A DNA stretch of 38,288 nt. It comes from Desulfovibrio sp. UBA4079 (lineage in GTDB: Bacteria; Desulfobacterota; Desulfovibrionia; Desulfovibrionales; Desulfovibrionaceae). The position numbers and the translations under genes are program-made. The notes beneath the pieces were generated by a model. The model had not been told where the DNA came from, did not search any database, and was given only the letters and a program-made list of their open reading frames with translations. The stretch is taken from NCBI GenBank assembly GCA_002382645.1, contig DFYP01000207.1, positions 17,138 to 55,425 of the forward strand. The letters are read 5' to 3'. This document shows positions 1 to 12,265 of this stretch, piece after piece; the stretch's first letter is position 1; every line of letters begins with the position of its first letter.

Positions 1-910
1 CCAGGCCCTCGGGCTCCAGGAAGACCTGGTGGCGCTCCTTGTCCGGGAAGCGGGCCACCTTGTCCTCGATGGACGGGCAGTAGCGCGCGCCCACGCCCTG
101 GATCACCCCGGTATACAGGGGCGAACGGTCCAGGCCCTTCTTGATGGCTTCATGGGTGGCCGCGTTGGTGTAGGTGATGTGGCAGGGGACCTGGGGCAGG
201 ACCGGGCCCGGGCCGCAGAAGCTGAAGCCCGGGGGCGGGTCGTCGCCGGGCTGGACCTCCAGGCCGGAGAAATCGATGCTCTCCTTGAGCAGCCGGGGCG
301 TGGTCCCGGTCTTGAGCCGGCCCAGTTCCAGGCCCAGGTCCCGCAGGCTGGCGCTCAGGTCCTGGGACGCGGGGTCGCCCAGGCGGCCGCCGCTGAAATG
401 GGTCAGGCCCACATGGATGAGCCCGCGCAGGAAGGTGCCGGTGGTCAGGAGCACGGCCCGGGCCCTGTGGGTCTGCCCCAGGGCCGTGGCCACTCCGGCG
501 GCCCGGCCGTTCTCCTGGAGCACGGTCACGGCCATGTCCTGGCGGACCCAGAGGTTTTCCCGGCCGAAGATGTCCCGGCGGACCACCCGCAGGTAGGCGT
601 CGCGGTCGATCTGGGCCCTGGTGGCCCGCACGGCCGGGCCCTTGCGGGTGTTCAGGATGCGGAACTGGATGCCCGCCTTGTCGGCCCACCGGCCCATGTG
701 GCCGCCCAGGGCGTCGATCTCCCGGACCATGTGGCCCTTGGCCAGGCCGCCGATGGCCGGGTTGCAGGAAAGGTGCCCGATGCGCTCGGCGTTGACGGTC
801 AGGAGCAGGGTGGCCAGGCCCAGCCGGGCCGCGGCCATGGCCGCCTCGCACCCGGCGTGGCCGGCGCCGACCACCACCAGGTCGAAGAGGGAGGGCGGGG
901 GACGGCGCAT
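1..910 (-). CDS. mnmG: tRNA uridine-5-carboxymethylaminomethyl(34) synthesis enzyme MnmG/GidA (5' part; runs off the window start)
   Basis: Manual translation from ATG at 910 (not in the ORF track): [29 protein letters not shown]...[23 protein letters not shown]...[18 protein letters not shown], which is the FAD-binding GAGHAG plus the GidA signature. Confidence 0.95.
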   Translation of the reverse strand, partial: MRRPPPSLFDLVVVGAGHAGCEAAMAAARLGLATLLLTVNAERIGHLSCNPAIGGLAKGHMVREIDALGGHMGRWADKAGIQFRILNTRKGPAVRATRAQIDRDAYLRVVRRDIFGRENLWVRQDMAVTVLQENGRAAGVATALGQTHRARAVLLTTGTFLRGLIHVGLTHFSGGRLGDPASQDLSASLRDLGLELGRLKTGTTPRLLKESIDFSGLEVQPGDDPPPGFSFCGPGPVLPQVPCHITYTNAATHEAIKKGLDRSPLYTGVIQGVGARYCPSIEDKVARFPDKERHQVFLEPEGL

Positions 911-923
911 GAATGGTCCCGCA

Positions 924-2144
924 TCAGCCCAGGAGCACCAGGCCCATCACCTTGGCGTCGTTGACGGTGTTTTTGATGCTCGACTGCTCGTTGGGCTGGT
1001 GGGCGAAGTGGTTCAGCGTGGCCCAGACCACGGCCTGGTGTCCGCGGCGGCGCAGGAACGCGGCCACGGTGCCGCCGCCGACCCCCACGGGCTTGGGTTC
1101 GCCGCCATAGACCCGGCGGATGGCCGCCATGGTCTTGGCCACGATCTCGGCGTCCGGGGGCGTGGGCGGGGCGGCCTGCTCGCGCTGCACCGTGGCGTAG
1201 GCGATGCTCACCCCGTGCTCGCGCTCCACCTCCCGGCCCAGGTCCTGGATGCGGCCGAGCACCGTGTCCAGGGAGTAGTGCGGCAGCACGCGCATGTCCA
1301 CGTAGAACACGTCCCGGCCGGGCAGGGTGTTGATGTTGCCCACGTTGGCCTCTTTCTTGGTGGGCTCGAAGGTGGACACCGGCGGATCGAAGAGCGGGTC
1401 GGCGTCGGCGAATTCCCGGTACAGGCCGCGGACGCGCAGGATCAGGTCCGCTGCGGCCACCAGGGTGTTGACGCCCTTTTCCGGGGTGGAGGCGTGGCAC
1501 TGGCGGCCGTTCACCGTGACCTGGAGCCAGAACATGCTTTTTTCGGCCACCTCGACCATGCCCGAATCGGGCTGGCCGAAGTCCGGGATGAGGAACAGGT
1601 CGTTCTTGCCGAAGACCTCGGGGTGCTCGCGGAGCACGTGGTCCAGGCCGAACACGCTGCCGGTCTCCTCATCGGAGACGAACAGCAGGCCGTAGTTCAT
1701 GGGCGGGATGGTCTTTTTTTCCAGAAGATAGCGGGCCAGGAGCAGGGAGGAGACCAGGCCCTGCTGGTTGTCCTCCACGCCCCGGCCGATGAGCAGGTCG
1801 TCGTTCTGCACCAGCTCGTAGGGATCGCTGTTCCACAGGGCCAGGTCGCCGGGCGGCACGATGTCCAGGTGGGAGATGACCCAGAAGGTGCGCGCAGTGT
1901 CCCGTCCCGGGATCAGGGCCGCGATGTTCGGCCGGAAACCGCAGGGCACCGAGGGGTCCGGGGCCGGAAAGTCGCGGATGTCGGTGAGGCCCAGGCCGCG
2001 CAGATGTTCGCGGGTGAACTCCGCCTTGGCCTCTTCGCCCGGGCCGCCGTTCTTGGGGCCCACGGCCGGGATGGCCGTGAGGCGGCGCTGGAGGTTGACC
2101 ACGTAGTCGGACTGGGATTCCAGGAAGGCGAAGAGGTCCTGCAT
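924..2144 (-). CDS. M20 family metallo-hydrolase (ArgE/DapE-like deacylase)
   Basis: Motifs [25 protein letters not shown]-terminal AHQPNE; start taken at MQDLFAF (ATG 2144, preceded by GGAG). Confidence 0.85.
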   Translation of the reverse strand: MQDLFAFLESQSDYVVNLQRRLTAIPAVGPKNGGPGEEAKAEFTREHLRGLGLTDIRDFPAPDPSVPCGFRPNIAALIPGRDTARTFWVISHLDIVPPGDLALWNSDPYELVQNDDLLIGRGVEDNQQGLVSSLLLARYLLEKKTIPPMNYGLLFVSDEETGSVFGLDHVLREHPEVFGKNDLFLIPDFGQPDSGMVEVAEKSMFWLQVTVNGRQCHASTPEKGVNTLVAAADLILRVRGLYREFADADPLFDPPVSTFEPTKKEANVGNINTLPGRDVFYVDMRVLPHYSLDTVLGRIQDLGREVEREHGVSIAYATVQREQAAPPTPPDAEIVAKTMAAIRRVYGGEPKPVGVGGGTVAAFLRRRGHQAVVWATLNHFAHQPNEQSSIKNTVNDAKVMGLVLLG

Positions 2145-2202
2145 GGTCCGCTCCCATGGGGCGCGGCCGGAGTCTCGGGCCGCGGCCCGGCAGGCTGTGA
2201 GG

Positions 2203-2230
2203 AAAAAAAAGGGCGGGGTTGCCCCCGCCC
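2203..2230 (-). terminator. Rho-independent terminator after the PxxKW gene
   Basis: Minus strand reads GGGCGGGG-GCAA-CCCCGCCC-TTTTTTTT. Confidence 0.85.
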
Positions 2231-2247
2231 ATGATTCCGGACTCGGG

Positions 2248-2538
2248 CTAGCGGCCCCTGGCGGCGCGCTTGGACGCCTTGAGGGGGTTGATCTTGACCT
2301 TGCCCTGGGTGTCCACCTGGGCGCGCACGTGGGTGGCGAAGTTGCACACCCCGAGGGCCCACTTGCGGGCCGGCTGCGGGTAGCTGGGGCAGAACTTTTC
2401 GTCTTCGAAGGCCACCATGCGCTCACAGCCCTCGCACTTGTCGATGACCGGCTGCAGGATGACGCCTTTGAAGGACAGACCCTCGGGGGTCTTCACCGCG
2501 CCCTCGAACGAGCCGGCTTTCACGTTGCCGTTGGCCAT
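2248..2538 (-). CDS. PxxKW family cysteine-rich small protein
   Basis: CEGC...CPSYPQPARKW..GVCNFATH...INPLKASKR; AGGAGG RBS before ATG 2538. Confidence 0.8.
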   Translation of the reverse strand: MANGNVKAGSFEGAVKTPEGLSFKGVILQPVIDKCEGCERMVAFEDEKFCPSYPQPARKWALGVCNFATHVRAQVDTQGKVKINPLKASKRAARGR

Positions 2539-2647
2539 GAACGCTCCTCCTTGCACACGCCGCGCTGGTCCATGCGGCCGGCGGCGGGGTTGATCGTAAT
2601 CGTCAGCGCCAAGAAACGCGCTCAATATGCCCTTGAACCGGATCTTG

Positions 2648-3460
2648 TCAAGTGCCTTGCGGCGCGGGGGCTGCCAGCACCTCGGGCGTGAGGCCCTGGA
2701 TCACATGCAGCAGCAGGTTCGTGACCTTCTGGGCGTTGTCCGTAAAGATCCGCAGGACCTCTTCCCAGGTCACCGGGGTCTCGTCCTCTTTCCAGCAGTC
2801 GTAGTCCGTGCTCATGGCCACGGCGGCGTAAGGCAGGCCGGCCTCGTTGGCCAGGGCGCATTCGGGCGCGATGCTCATGTTGATCACGTCCGCGCCCCAG
2901 GCCCGGAACATGTGCGATTCCGCCCGGGTGGAGAAGCGCGGGCCTTCGATGGTCACCACGGTGCCGCGCTCGTGGTGCGGGAAGCCCAGGTCCTTGCAGC
3001 CCTCCAGGAGCCGTCCCCGCAAGCCCTTGTGGAAGGGGTCGGCCATGGGCGTGTGGGCCGGGCTGTGGGGCTTGAAATGCTCGTGGAAGGTGCTGATGCG
3101 GTGTTTGGTGAAGTCGATGAACTGATCCAGGACCACCAGGTGCCCGCGTTCGATGCGCCGGCGCAGGGAGCCTACGGCCGTGGTGGCCAGGATGCAGGCG
3201 CATCCCCGGTCCTTGAGCGCCTGGACGTTGGCCCGGAAGTTCACCTGGCTGGGAGGAATGGTATGGTCCCGCCCGTGCCGGGCCAGGAGGTAGACCTCTT
3301 TGTCGAACAGGTGGAGGACCCGCAGGCTGGAGCTGGGCGCACCGTAGGGGGTGGATATCTCGATGTCGCGCATGTCCTGGAGGACATGCGCCGCAGAACT
3401 CTCCTGGAGGACGTCCGCGTTGTCCAGGCCGCTGCCGCCGATAACGCCGATCTTGAGCAT
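2648..3460 (-). CDS. mtnP: S-methyl-5'-thioadenosine phosphorylase
   Basis: IGVIGGSG, TPYGAPS, LARHGRDH, EGPRFSTRAES, INMS, STDYDCW motifs. Confidence 0.92.
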   Translation of the reverse strand: MLKIGVIGGSGLDNADVLQESSAAHVLQDMRDIEISTPYGAPSSSLRVLHLFDKEVYLLARHGRDHTIPPSQVNFRANVQALKDRGCACILATTAVGSLRRRIERGHLVVLDQFIDFTKHRISTFHEHFKPHSPAHTPMADPFHKGLRGRLLEGCKDLGFPHHERGTVVTIEGPRFSTRAESHMFRAWGADVINMSIAPECALANEAGLPYAAVAMSTDYDCWKEDETPVTWEEVLRIFTDNAQKVTNLLLHVIQGLTPEVLAAPAPQGT

Positions 3461-3481
3461 AGGGGGGTGGTTCTCTCTGGA

Positions 3482-3994
3482 TTACAGTTTGATCAGGTAT
3501 TCGTGGGTGTGGCCCAGGAGCTTGGCCGGGCCGTCCAGAAAGCCCAGCTCCACCACGTAGCCGATGCCCACGACCTTGCCGCCCGCGACCTCCACGAGCT
3601 TGAGCATGCCGCCGGTGGTCCCGCCGGTGGCCAGCAGGTCGTCGATGAGCAGCACCGGCTCGCCCGGGGCTATGGCGTCCTCGTGCATGCACAGGGTGTC
3701 CGTGCCGTATTCCAGGTCATAGGTCACGGAGGTGGTCTTGTAGGGCAGCTTGCCGGGCTTGCGCACGGGCACGAAGCCGATGCCCAGGCGGTAGGCCAGG
3801 GGCGCGCCGAAGATGAACCCGCGGGCCTCGGCGGCCAGGATCTTGGTGGCGCCCTTGTGCTGGAAGCGCTCGGCCATGGCGTCGATGGTGTGCTGGAAGG
3901 CCTTGGGCTCCGCCAAAAGCGGGGTGATGTCGAAGAACAGGATGCCTTCCTTGGGATAGTTGGGGATGTCACGGATGTAGCGTCGCAGGTCCAT
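3482..3994 (-). CDS. apt: Adenine phosphoribosyltransferase
   Basis: IPNYPKEGILFFDIT, AEARGF, VRKPGKLP, LEYG, PRPP-binding IDDLLATGGT. Confidence 0.95.
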   Translation of the reverse strand: MDLRRYIRDIPNYPKEGILFFDITPLLAEPKAFQHTIDAMAERFQHKGATKILAAEARGFIFGAPLAYRLGIGFVPVRKPGKLPYKTTSVTYDLEYGTDTLCMHEDAIAPGEPVLLIDDLLATGGTTGGMLKLVEVAGGKVVGIGYVVELGFLDGPAKLLGHTHEYLIKL

Positions 3995-4094
3995 GAGGGC
4001 CTCCTTGTGCCAGGATGCGACCTTGTACGGCCTCCTCCAAAATCTTGTCAACGCCCCGCGTTGCGGGTTTTCTCCGCCTGGGCTAGGGGAGGGA

Positions 4095-4877
4095 ATGCCG
4101 TTCGCCAAAAGAAGCCTGGGCCAGAATTTTTTGTGCGATCCCAACACCGCGCGCCGCATCGTGGCGGCCCTGGAGATCGGTCCGCAGGACACGGTCCTGG
4201 AGATCGGCCCGGGCCGCGGGGCGCTCACGGAGTGGATCGCGGCCGCGCACCCGGCCCGGTTCCTGGCCCTGGAAAAGGACCGCGACCTGGCCCCGGCGCT
4301 CACCGAGCGCTGGCCCGGGGTGGAGGTGCTCCTGGGCGACGCCCTGGAATACCCCTGGGAGTCCGTGGACTCCCCCTCCTATAAGATAGGGGGCAACCTG
4401 CCCTACAACGTGGCCTCGCCGCTCATCTGGGAGTTCGTGTCCCGGGCCGCGGACTACGGCCGGGCCGTGTTCATGGTCCAGCACGAAGTGGCCCTGCGGC
4501 TTACGGGCGAACCCGGCACCCGGGCCTACGGCGCGCTCACGGCCTGGGTGCGGACCTTCGCGGACACGGACTATCTCTTCAAGGTCAGCCCCAATGTTTT
4601 CCGCCCCCGGCCCAAGGTGGATTCGGCCGTGGTCCTGTTCCGGCCCCGGGCCGGACGTCCGGAAATGGACCAGTCCCGGGCTCTTTCCGCTCTTTTGCAT
4701 CGCTGCTTCCAGTTGCGTCGAAAACAGATGTCCAACATATTGAAATCTCAATGGGAATCAGGTGTGGGACAGTGGTTCGAGGAGCATGGCCTGGCCCCCT
4801 CCAGCAGGCCGGAAAACCTGTCCCCACAGCACTTTCTGGACTTGGCGACGTTCATGAAATTTCACTTTTTCACTTGA
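4095..4877 (+). CDS. rsmA: 16S rRNA dimethyladenosine transferase RsmA/KsgA
   Basis: KRSLGQNFL, LEIGPGRGALT, GNLPYN, FRPRPKVDSAVV; GGAGG before ATG 4095. Confidence 0.95.
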   Translation: MPFAKRSLGQNFLCDPNTARRIVAALEIGPQDTVLEIGPGRGALTEWIAAAHPARFLALEKDRDLAPALTERWPGVEVLLGDALEYPWESVDSPSYKIGGNLPYNVASPLIWEFVSRAADYGRAVFMVQHEVALRLTGEPGTRAYGALTAWVRTFADTDYLFKVSPNVFRPRPKVDSAVVLFRPRAGRPEMDQSRALSALLHRCFQLRRKQMSNILKSQWESGVGQWFEEHGLAPSSRPENLSPQHFLDLATFMKFHFFT

Positions 4878-4970
4878 CTTCGCCTGGAAAATCTTGTTTT
4901 CAAGTGATGCGAAAACTGAAGGTGAGCATTACCGGGCCTTCCCGGGCGCGACGTGAGAATTTAAAGCGTC

Positions 4971-4999
4971 TGGACAGGAACCCCGGTTTGCAGTACAAC
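4971..4999 (+). promoter_or_regulatory. Possible sigma70 promoter for HU
   Basis: TGGACA-N17-TACAAC in the AT-richer intergenic region. Confidence 0.35.
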
Positions 5000-5100
5000 C
5001 CGGAGCAAGTAAAAGCGCTGATTTCATTGCCTTCGAAAGTGAGCGGCCATTCCTTGACGATGTCGTGATCGTCGAAAACCTTATTGAGGAGGAAGGACTG

Positions 5101-5373
5101 ATGACTAAGGCTGAGCTGGTTGTCAAAATCGCGGAGAAGGCCAATCTGACCAAGGCGAACGCCGAGCGCGCCCTGAACGCTTTCCTGGAGACCGTGGAGG
5201 GTACCCTGGTCAAAGAGAAGAAGCTGACCCTGACCGGTTTCGGCACCTTCCTGGTCGAGCAGCGCAAGTCCCGCGTGGGCCGCAACCCCCGCACGGGCGC
5301 CACCATCAAGATTCCGGCCACCAAGATCGTGAAGTTCCGCCCCGGCAAGCTGCTCAAGGACGCCGTCAAGTAA
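5101..5373 (+). CDS. hup: DNA-binding protein HU
   Basis: MTKAELV...GFGTF...GRNPRTG...KFRPGKLLKDAV; GAGGAGG RBS. Confidence 0.95.
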   Translation: MTKAELVVKIAEKANLTKANAERALNAFLETVEGTLVKEKKLTLTGFGTFLVEQRKSRVGRNPRTGATIKIPATKIVKFRPGKLLKDAVK

Positions 5374-5387
5374 GGTAGGGATCCATT

Positions 5388-5570
5388 ATGCTCCACGGTG
5401 AAACTGTTCACAGCCCTCTGCCCATGGATCTTCCCTGGTGGCAGGCCGACCATGCCGTGTTCTTCGGTGTGCTGTACATCGTGCTGGCCGTCATCGGCAT
5501 CGGCATGGGGTACTGCATTCTGAAAGCCTGGTGGGATTCCCGGGACGGCGGCGTAAGCCACCATCACTAG
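5388..5570 (+). CDS. Small single-pass membrane protein (hypothetical)
   Basis: 60 aa, one hydrophobic helix (VFFGVLYIVLAVIGIGMG), host-like codon usage, directly after hup. Confidence 0.65.
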   Translation: MLHGETVHSPLPMDLPWWQADHAVFFGVLYIVLAVIGIGMGYCILKAWWDSRDGGVSHHH

Positions 5571-5604
5571 GGTTTTCGCGCGGCTTCCGTCTGAGTAAGT
5601 GACA

Positions 5605-5634
5605 CGGCCCGTCCGGACCTTCCCGGGCGGGCCG
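5605..5634 (+). terminator. GC-rich hairpin, possible terminator
   Basis: CGGCCCGTCCGG-N6-CCGGGCGGGCCG with only a weak U tail. Confidence 0.4.
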
Positions 5635-5790
5635 CTTCGCATTGCCCGCCGCTGGAGCGGGCCCGAGGCATCCTCTCTCCATTCCTCCGGAATATTTGCC
5701 TTGCCTTCTGTCTGACGAAGGCGTAGTTGAATCTTTTGCAAATATCGCCGCCCGGTATTTTCCGGGGGCCTCCAGGGAGGTGATGTCTCC

Positions 5791-5991
5791 ATGCCCGGTA
5801 TTGTTCTCGACGACTCCGACAACTTCGATGTGGCCCTGCGCCGCTTCAAGAAGCAGGTCGAGAAGGCTGGCATCCTCTCCGAGCTGAAAAAGCGTCAGCA
5901 CTACGAAAAGCCCAGCGTCCAGCGCAAGAAGAAGAAGGCCGCCGCCAAGAAGCGGCTCGTCAAGAAACTCCGCAAAATGAAAATGATGTAA
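5791..5991 (+). CDS. rpsU: 30S ribosomal protein S21
   Basis: [31 protein letters not shown]; GGAGG RBS. Confidence 0.96.
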   Translation: MPGIVLDDSDNFDVALRRFKKQVEKAGILSELKKRQHYEKPSVQRKKKKAAAKKRLVKKLRKMKMM

Positions 5992-6437
5992 TGGCCCTAC
6001 AGGCACGAATCGAAACCGACTTCGTCACCGCCTACAAGGCCAAGGAAACGGTTCGGGTGGCTGTCTTGAGGATGCTCAAGACAGCCATCAAGAACCGTCA
6101 GGTGGAACTGCTCCGTCCTCTGGATGACGGAGAGATCCTTGATGTCATTGCCAAACAGGTCAAGCAACGCCGCGAATCCATCGAACAGTTCACCAGCGGC
6201 AACCGTCCCGATCTGGCCGACAAGGAAGCCCGCGAGCTGGAAATGCTGGTGGGCTATCTGCCCCAGGCCCTGACCGAGGCGGAGCTGACCGCCGCCATCG
6301 ATGCCGTGGTCCGCGAACTCGGGGCCACAAGCCTCAAGGACATGGGCCGCGTCATGCAGGCCGTGCTTGAGGCCCACAAGGGACAGGTGGACGGCAAGAA
6401 GGCCAGTGAACTGGTCCGGGCGCGGCTCTCGTCCTGA
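5991..6437 (+). CDS. yqeY: GatB/YqeY domain protein
   Basis: KQVKQRRESIEQF..GNRPDLADKE, YLPQAL, KDMGRVM, VDGK; TAATG coupling to rpsU. Confidence 0.92.
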   Translation: MALQARIETDFVTAYKAKETVRVAVLRMLKTAIKNRQVELLRPLDDGEILDVIAKQVKQRRESIEQFTSGNRPDLADKEARELEMLVGYLPQALTEAELTAAIDAVVRELGATSLKDMGRVMQAVLEAHKGQVDGKKASELVRARLSS

Positions 6438-6450
6438 CCGACGCGAATTC

Positions 6451-8757
6451 ATGGAATCCAGAACATTCCAGTTGCTGGAATTCCCCAAGGTGCTGCGGGT
6501 CCTCGCGGATCGCGCGGTGTCCAAGGCCGGGGAAGACGCCTGCCTCGCCATCGCGCCCCTGCGCGATGAGGCTTCGGTGCGTCTTCAGAACCGGCTCCTG
6601 GAGCAGGCCGTGGAGTGGCGCAAGGAGACCGGCTTCTCCCTGAGCCCCTTCGAGCCCCTGGACGGCCTGGCGGCCGCCACGGAGCGGCCCGCGGCCGTGC
6701 TGGACCAGGACGCCCTGTTTGCCCTGCTCAAGACCCTGGAGCAGGCCAAGGCCGCCCGCGAGGCCCTGCAGGGCTTTGACCAGCGCGGCTGGGACGAGCT
6801 CATGGAGGCCGTGGCCCGCGCGCCGTGGCCCGCCACGGCCTGGTCGGCCGTGCGGCGCTGTCTGGACGACGAGGGCCGCCTGCGCGACGAAAGCTCGCCC
6901 GGGCTGATGGCCGTGCGCGGCGAGATCCGCGGCATCCACCAGCGCTGCACCAAGAAGGTCAAGGATTTCATCCTGGGCGAGGACCTGGCCCGGTTCCTCC
7001 AGGACGAGTTCATGACCATCTCCTCGGACCGCTACGTCCTGCCGCTCAAGGCGAATTTCAAGGGCCGCTTCCAGGGCATCATCCACGACTACTCCCAGAC
7101 CGGCGAGACCTGCTATTTCGAGCCCATGTTCCTGGTGGAGCTGAACAACCAGCTCCAGGAACTCAAGCAGGAGGAACGCCGCGAGGAGCGCAAGGTCCTG
7201 GAGTTCCTGACCGGCATCGTGCGCCAGGAGCGCGAGGCCGTGGCCGACGCCTCCCGGGCCCTGGTGGCCCTGGACGTGCTCCTGGCCAAGACCGCCCTGG
7301 CCCAGGCCCTGGGCGGCCGGACCCTGGACCTGGAGCCGGGCCTGCCCCCGCGGCTCATGGAGGCCCGCCATCCGCTCCTGGCCCTGGACAAGGGCGGGGT
7401 GGTGCCCCTGGATATCAAGCTCCAGCCCGGCCAGCGGGCCCTGGTCATCAGCGGCGGCAACGCGGGCGGCAAGACCGTCTGCCTCAAGACCCTGGGGCTC
7501 ATCGCCCTGATGGCCTTTTCCGGCCTGCCCGTGCCCGTGGGCATCGGCAGCAGCCTGCCCCTGTGGAAGCAGATCTTCGTGGTCCTGGGCGACGAGCAGA
7601 GCCTGGAGGACCACGTGAGCACGTTCACGGCCCAGGTGCGCTACCTGTCCCGGGTCTGGGAGCGGGTGGACCAGGACACGCTGTTTCTCCTGGACGAGTT
7701 CGGCGCGGGCACGGACCCCACCCAGGGCGCGGCCCTGGCCCAGTCCGTGCTGGACAATCTTTTGGAACGCGGGGCCTCGGTGCTGGTGGCCACGCACTTC
7801 CCGGCATTGAAGGCCCACGCCCTGGCCGCCGCGGGCGTGCGCGCGGCCAGCGTGCTCTTCGACCCAGGCACCAAGAAGCCGCTGTTCCGCCTGGCCTACG
7901 ACCAGGTGGGCGCGAGCATCGCCCTGGACGTGGCCCGGGAGCACGGTTTGCCCGAGGCCATCCTGGCCAAGGCCCAGCAGTATCTGCTCCTGGACGGCTC
8001 GGACACCACGGCCGTGCTGGACCGGCTCAACGCCCAGGCCGTGACCCGGGAAAAAGAGCTGGCCGCTCTTTCCGAGGAGCGCGAGCGGCTGCGGGCCAAG
8101 CGCGCCTCCCTGGAGGCCCGCTTCGACAAGGAGCGCCGGGCCCTGGTGGACGAGATCAAGGCCCAGGCCCAGACCGTGCTCCACGAGTGGAAGAACGAGA
8201 AGATCGGCCGCAAGCAGGCCCTCAAGAAGCTGGCCGAGGCCCGGGAGGGCCTGGAAGGCGTGGGTTCCCTGGCTGCCGAGGCGGCTGCTCCGGCCTTTGG
8301 TTGGGACGACCTGCGGCCGGGCCAGGCCGTGGAATACCGGGCCTGGGGCCGCAGCGGCGTGGTCCTGGACAAGGACGAGCGCAAGCGCCAGGTGAAGATC
8401 GACCTGGACGGCGTGGCCCTCTGGGTCAAGGAGGCCGATCTGGGCCCGGCGCAGGGCGCGGCCCCGGCCAAGGCCCCGGCGGCAACCCGGGACAGCGGTC
8501 CCGCTGTGGAGGGCCTGACCCGCAGCCTGGATCTGCGCGGCCAGCGCGCCGACGAGGCCCTGCGCGAGCTGGAGCGTTTTCTGGACGACTGCCTGCTGCG
8601 CGGAGCAGGGCGGGCCGAGATCATCCACGGCCGGGGCACCGGGGCCCTGCGCCGCGAGGTGCACGAATTTCTGCGGCAGTTTCCGGCGGTGGACGCCTTT
8701 GCCCTGGCCCCCGAGGACCGGGGCGGCGACGGCATGACCGAAGTGACCCTCAAGTAG
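6451..8757 (+). CDS. mutS2: Endonuclease MutS2
   Basis: Walker A GGNAGGKT, LDEFGAGTDP, ATH, C-terminal Smr domain LDLRG...IIHGRGTGALR. Confidence 0.93.
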   Translation: MESRTFQLLEFPKVLRVLADRAVSKAGEDACLAIAPLRDEASVRLQNRLLEQAVEWRKETGFSLSPFEPLDGLAAATERPAAVLDQDALFALLKTLEQAKAAREALQGFDQRGWDELMEAVARAPWPATAWSAVRRCLDDEGRLRDESSPGLMAVRGEIRGIHQRCTKKVKDFILGEDLARFLQDEFMTISSDRYVLPLKANFKGRFQGIIHDYSQTGETCYFEPMFLVELNNQLQELKQEERREERKVLEFLTGIVRQEREAVADASRALVALDVLLAKTALAQALGGRTLDLEPGLPPRLMEARHPLLALDKGGVVPLDIKLQPGQRALVISGGNAGGKTVCLKTLGLIALMAFSGLPVPVGIGSSLPLWKQIFVVLGDEQSLEDHVSTFTAQVRYLSRVWERVDQDTLFLLDEFGAGTDPTQGAALAQSVLDNLLERGASVLVATHFPALKAHALAAAGVRAASVLFDPGTKKPLFRLAYDQVGASIALDVAREHGLPEAILAKAQQYLLLDGSDTTAVLDRLNAQAVTREKELAALSEERERLRAKRASLEARFDKERRALVDEIKAQAQTVLHEWKNEKIGRKQALKKLAEAREGLEGVGSLAAEAAAPAFGWDDLRPGQAVEYRAWGRSGVVLDKDERKRQVKIDLDGVALWVKEADLGPAQGAAPAKAPAATRDSGPAVEGLTRSLDLRGQRADEALRELERFLDDCLLRGAGRAEIIHGRGTGALRREVHEFLRQFPAVDAFALAPEDRGGDGMTEVTLK

Positions 8758-8767
8758 CGGGGCCGGC

Positions 8768-10487
8768 GTGAACTCCCAAGCCATCCAGGCCGTGAAAGCC
8801 AAGCTCGTGCTCTCGGACGTGGTCCGCCGCTACGTGGACCTGCGCCCCGTGTCCGGCCGGTTCATGGGCGCCTGCCCGTTCCACCAGGAGACCAAGCCGT
8901 CCATGTCGGTGAACGACGAGGAGGGCTTCTTCTACTGCTTCGGCTGCCAGGCCTCTGGCGACGTGATAGATTTCTACAAGCGGATCAACGGATTGGAGTT
9001 CCGCGAGGCCCTGGAGCAGCTGGCCGCCGAGGCCGGGGTGGAACTGGGCGCGGAACGCGACGATCCCGAGGCCCGCGAGCAGCAGCGCCGGAAAAAGGTC
9101 TTCCTGGACATGCACGACCAGGCCCGGGACTTCTTCCGGCACAACCTGGGCCGCCAGGAGGGCCGCCCGGCCCGCGAATACCTCAAGCGCCGGGGCATCG
9201 AGCCGCGCATCGTGGAGGCCTTCGGCCTGGGCTATTCCCCGGACGACTGGCACGGCCTGGACACCTTTCTCCAGGGCAAGGGCCACACCCCGGACCAGGG
9301 GGTCCTTGCCGGGTTGTTGTCGAAAAATGAAAAAGGTAATATTTACGACAGGTTCCGTGGAAGGCTCATCTTTCCCATCCAGAATTTGTCGGGCCGGGTT
9401 ATTGCCTTTGGCGGCAGAATCATTAGTGAAGGAGAACCCAAATATCTCAACAGCAGTGACACGCCGATCTACAAAAAGGGGGAGCACCTCTACGGATTGT
9501 ACCAGGCCCGGTCCACCATGACCCGCAGCAAGCGGGCCCTGCTCACCGAAGGCTACATGGACGTGCTTTCCCTGCACCAGTTCGGCTACACCGACGCCTG
9601 CGGGGTGCTGGGCACGGCCCTCACCGGGGAGCAGGTGCGCCGTCTTGCGGGCTTTTGTTCGCGGGTGGACCTGGTTTTTGATGGCGACAACGCGGGCCGC
9701 AAGGCCGCGCTCAAGTCCAGCGAGATGATTCTGCTTTCCGGTGTGGCCTGCCGGGTGGTGCTCCTGCCCGAGGGCGAGGATGTGGACTCCGTGCTCCAGA
9801 AGGAGGGGACCGAAGGCTTCGAGAAATGCCTCAAGGCGGCCAAGGAAGGACTGGCCTTCTGTATGGACACCCTGCGCGAGAACTTCGCGCCCCGGGAAAC
9901 CATGGGCTGGGCCAAGGGGTTTTTCGAGAAACTGGCTGACGACGGGCTGCGGGCCTATTATCTGCCGCGCCTGGTTGCCGGCCTGGGCGTGGCCGAGACC
10001 GAGCTGCGCCAAGCCCTGGGAGCGGGGCAGGGCGGCCGGGACACGGCCCGGGAGCGCAAGCCGCTCGCCGCGGTGCGGCCCGTGGGCCGGGACGACAAGG
10101 ACGACCGGTATTTTTTGCGTTTCCCCATCCAGTATCCGGAATATGTCCAGGATCTGGCGGACCGGGGATTCGAACGGGTTCTGGTCACGGCCTGGGCCCG
10201 GGATTTGTGGGAAAAGATCAAGCTTCATGGCGGGCAGGACCTTTTGCCCTGGCTCACGGATGACGAAAAGAAATTTTGGGCTCGCTGCCGGCAGGAGCGC
10301 GTGGAGCGCATCCTCTCCGGCGAAGAGCTGCGCGACGAGTGGCTGCACATCTGCGAACGTGTGGCCAACGGCCACGAGCGCCAGGCCCGTCAGCAGCTCA
10401 AGGAAGCCCTGCGCGAAGCCCTGCGGACCGGGGACGAGCGCCAGGCCTCAGAGCATTTGCAGGCCCTGAACGAGTTTCTAGGGAGGG

Positions 10488-10504
<17 letters not shown>
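8768..10504 (+). CDS. dnaG: DNA primase
   Basis: Zn finger [42 protein letters not shown] and FDGDNAG. Confidence 0.96.
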
Positions 10505-12251
<1,747 letters not shown>

Positions 12252-12265
12252 AACTGTGCGCCCGC

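Noticed and set aside
29-2234. Long plus-strand ORFs (29-964, 621-2234) opposite mnmG and the M20 gene
   Set aside because: Antisense shadows; the minus-strand frames carry the recognisable motifs
6352-8802. 816-aa antisense ORF over mutS2 (likewise 8750-10375 and 10398-12239 over dnaG/rpoD, and 33857-35773)
   Set aside because: Shadow ORFs expected from strong G/C third-position bias; they mirror well-supported genes and show no motifs of their own
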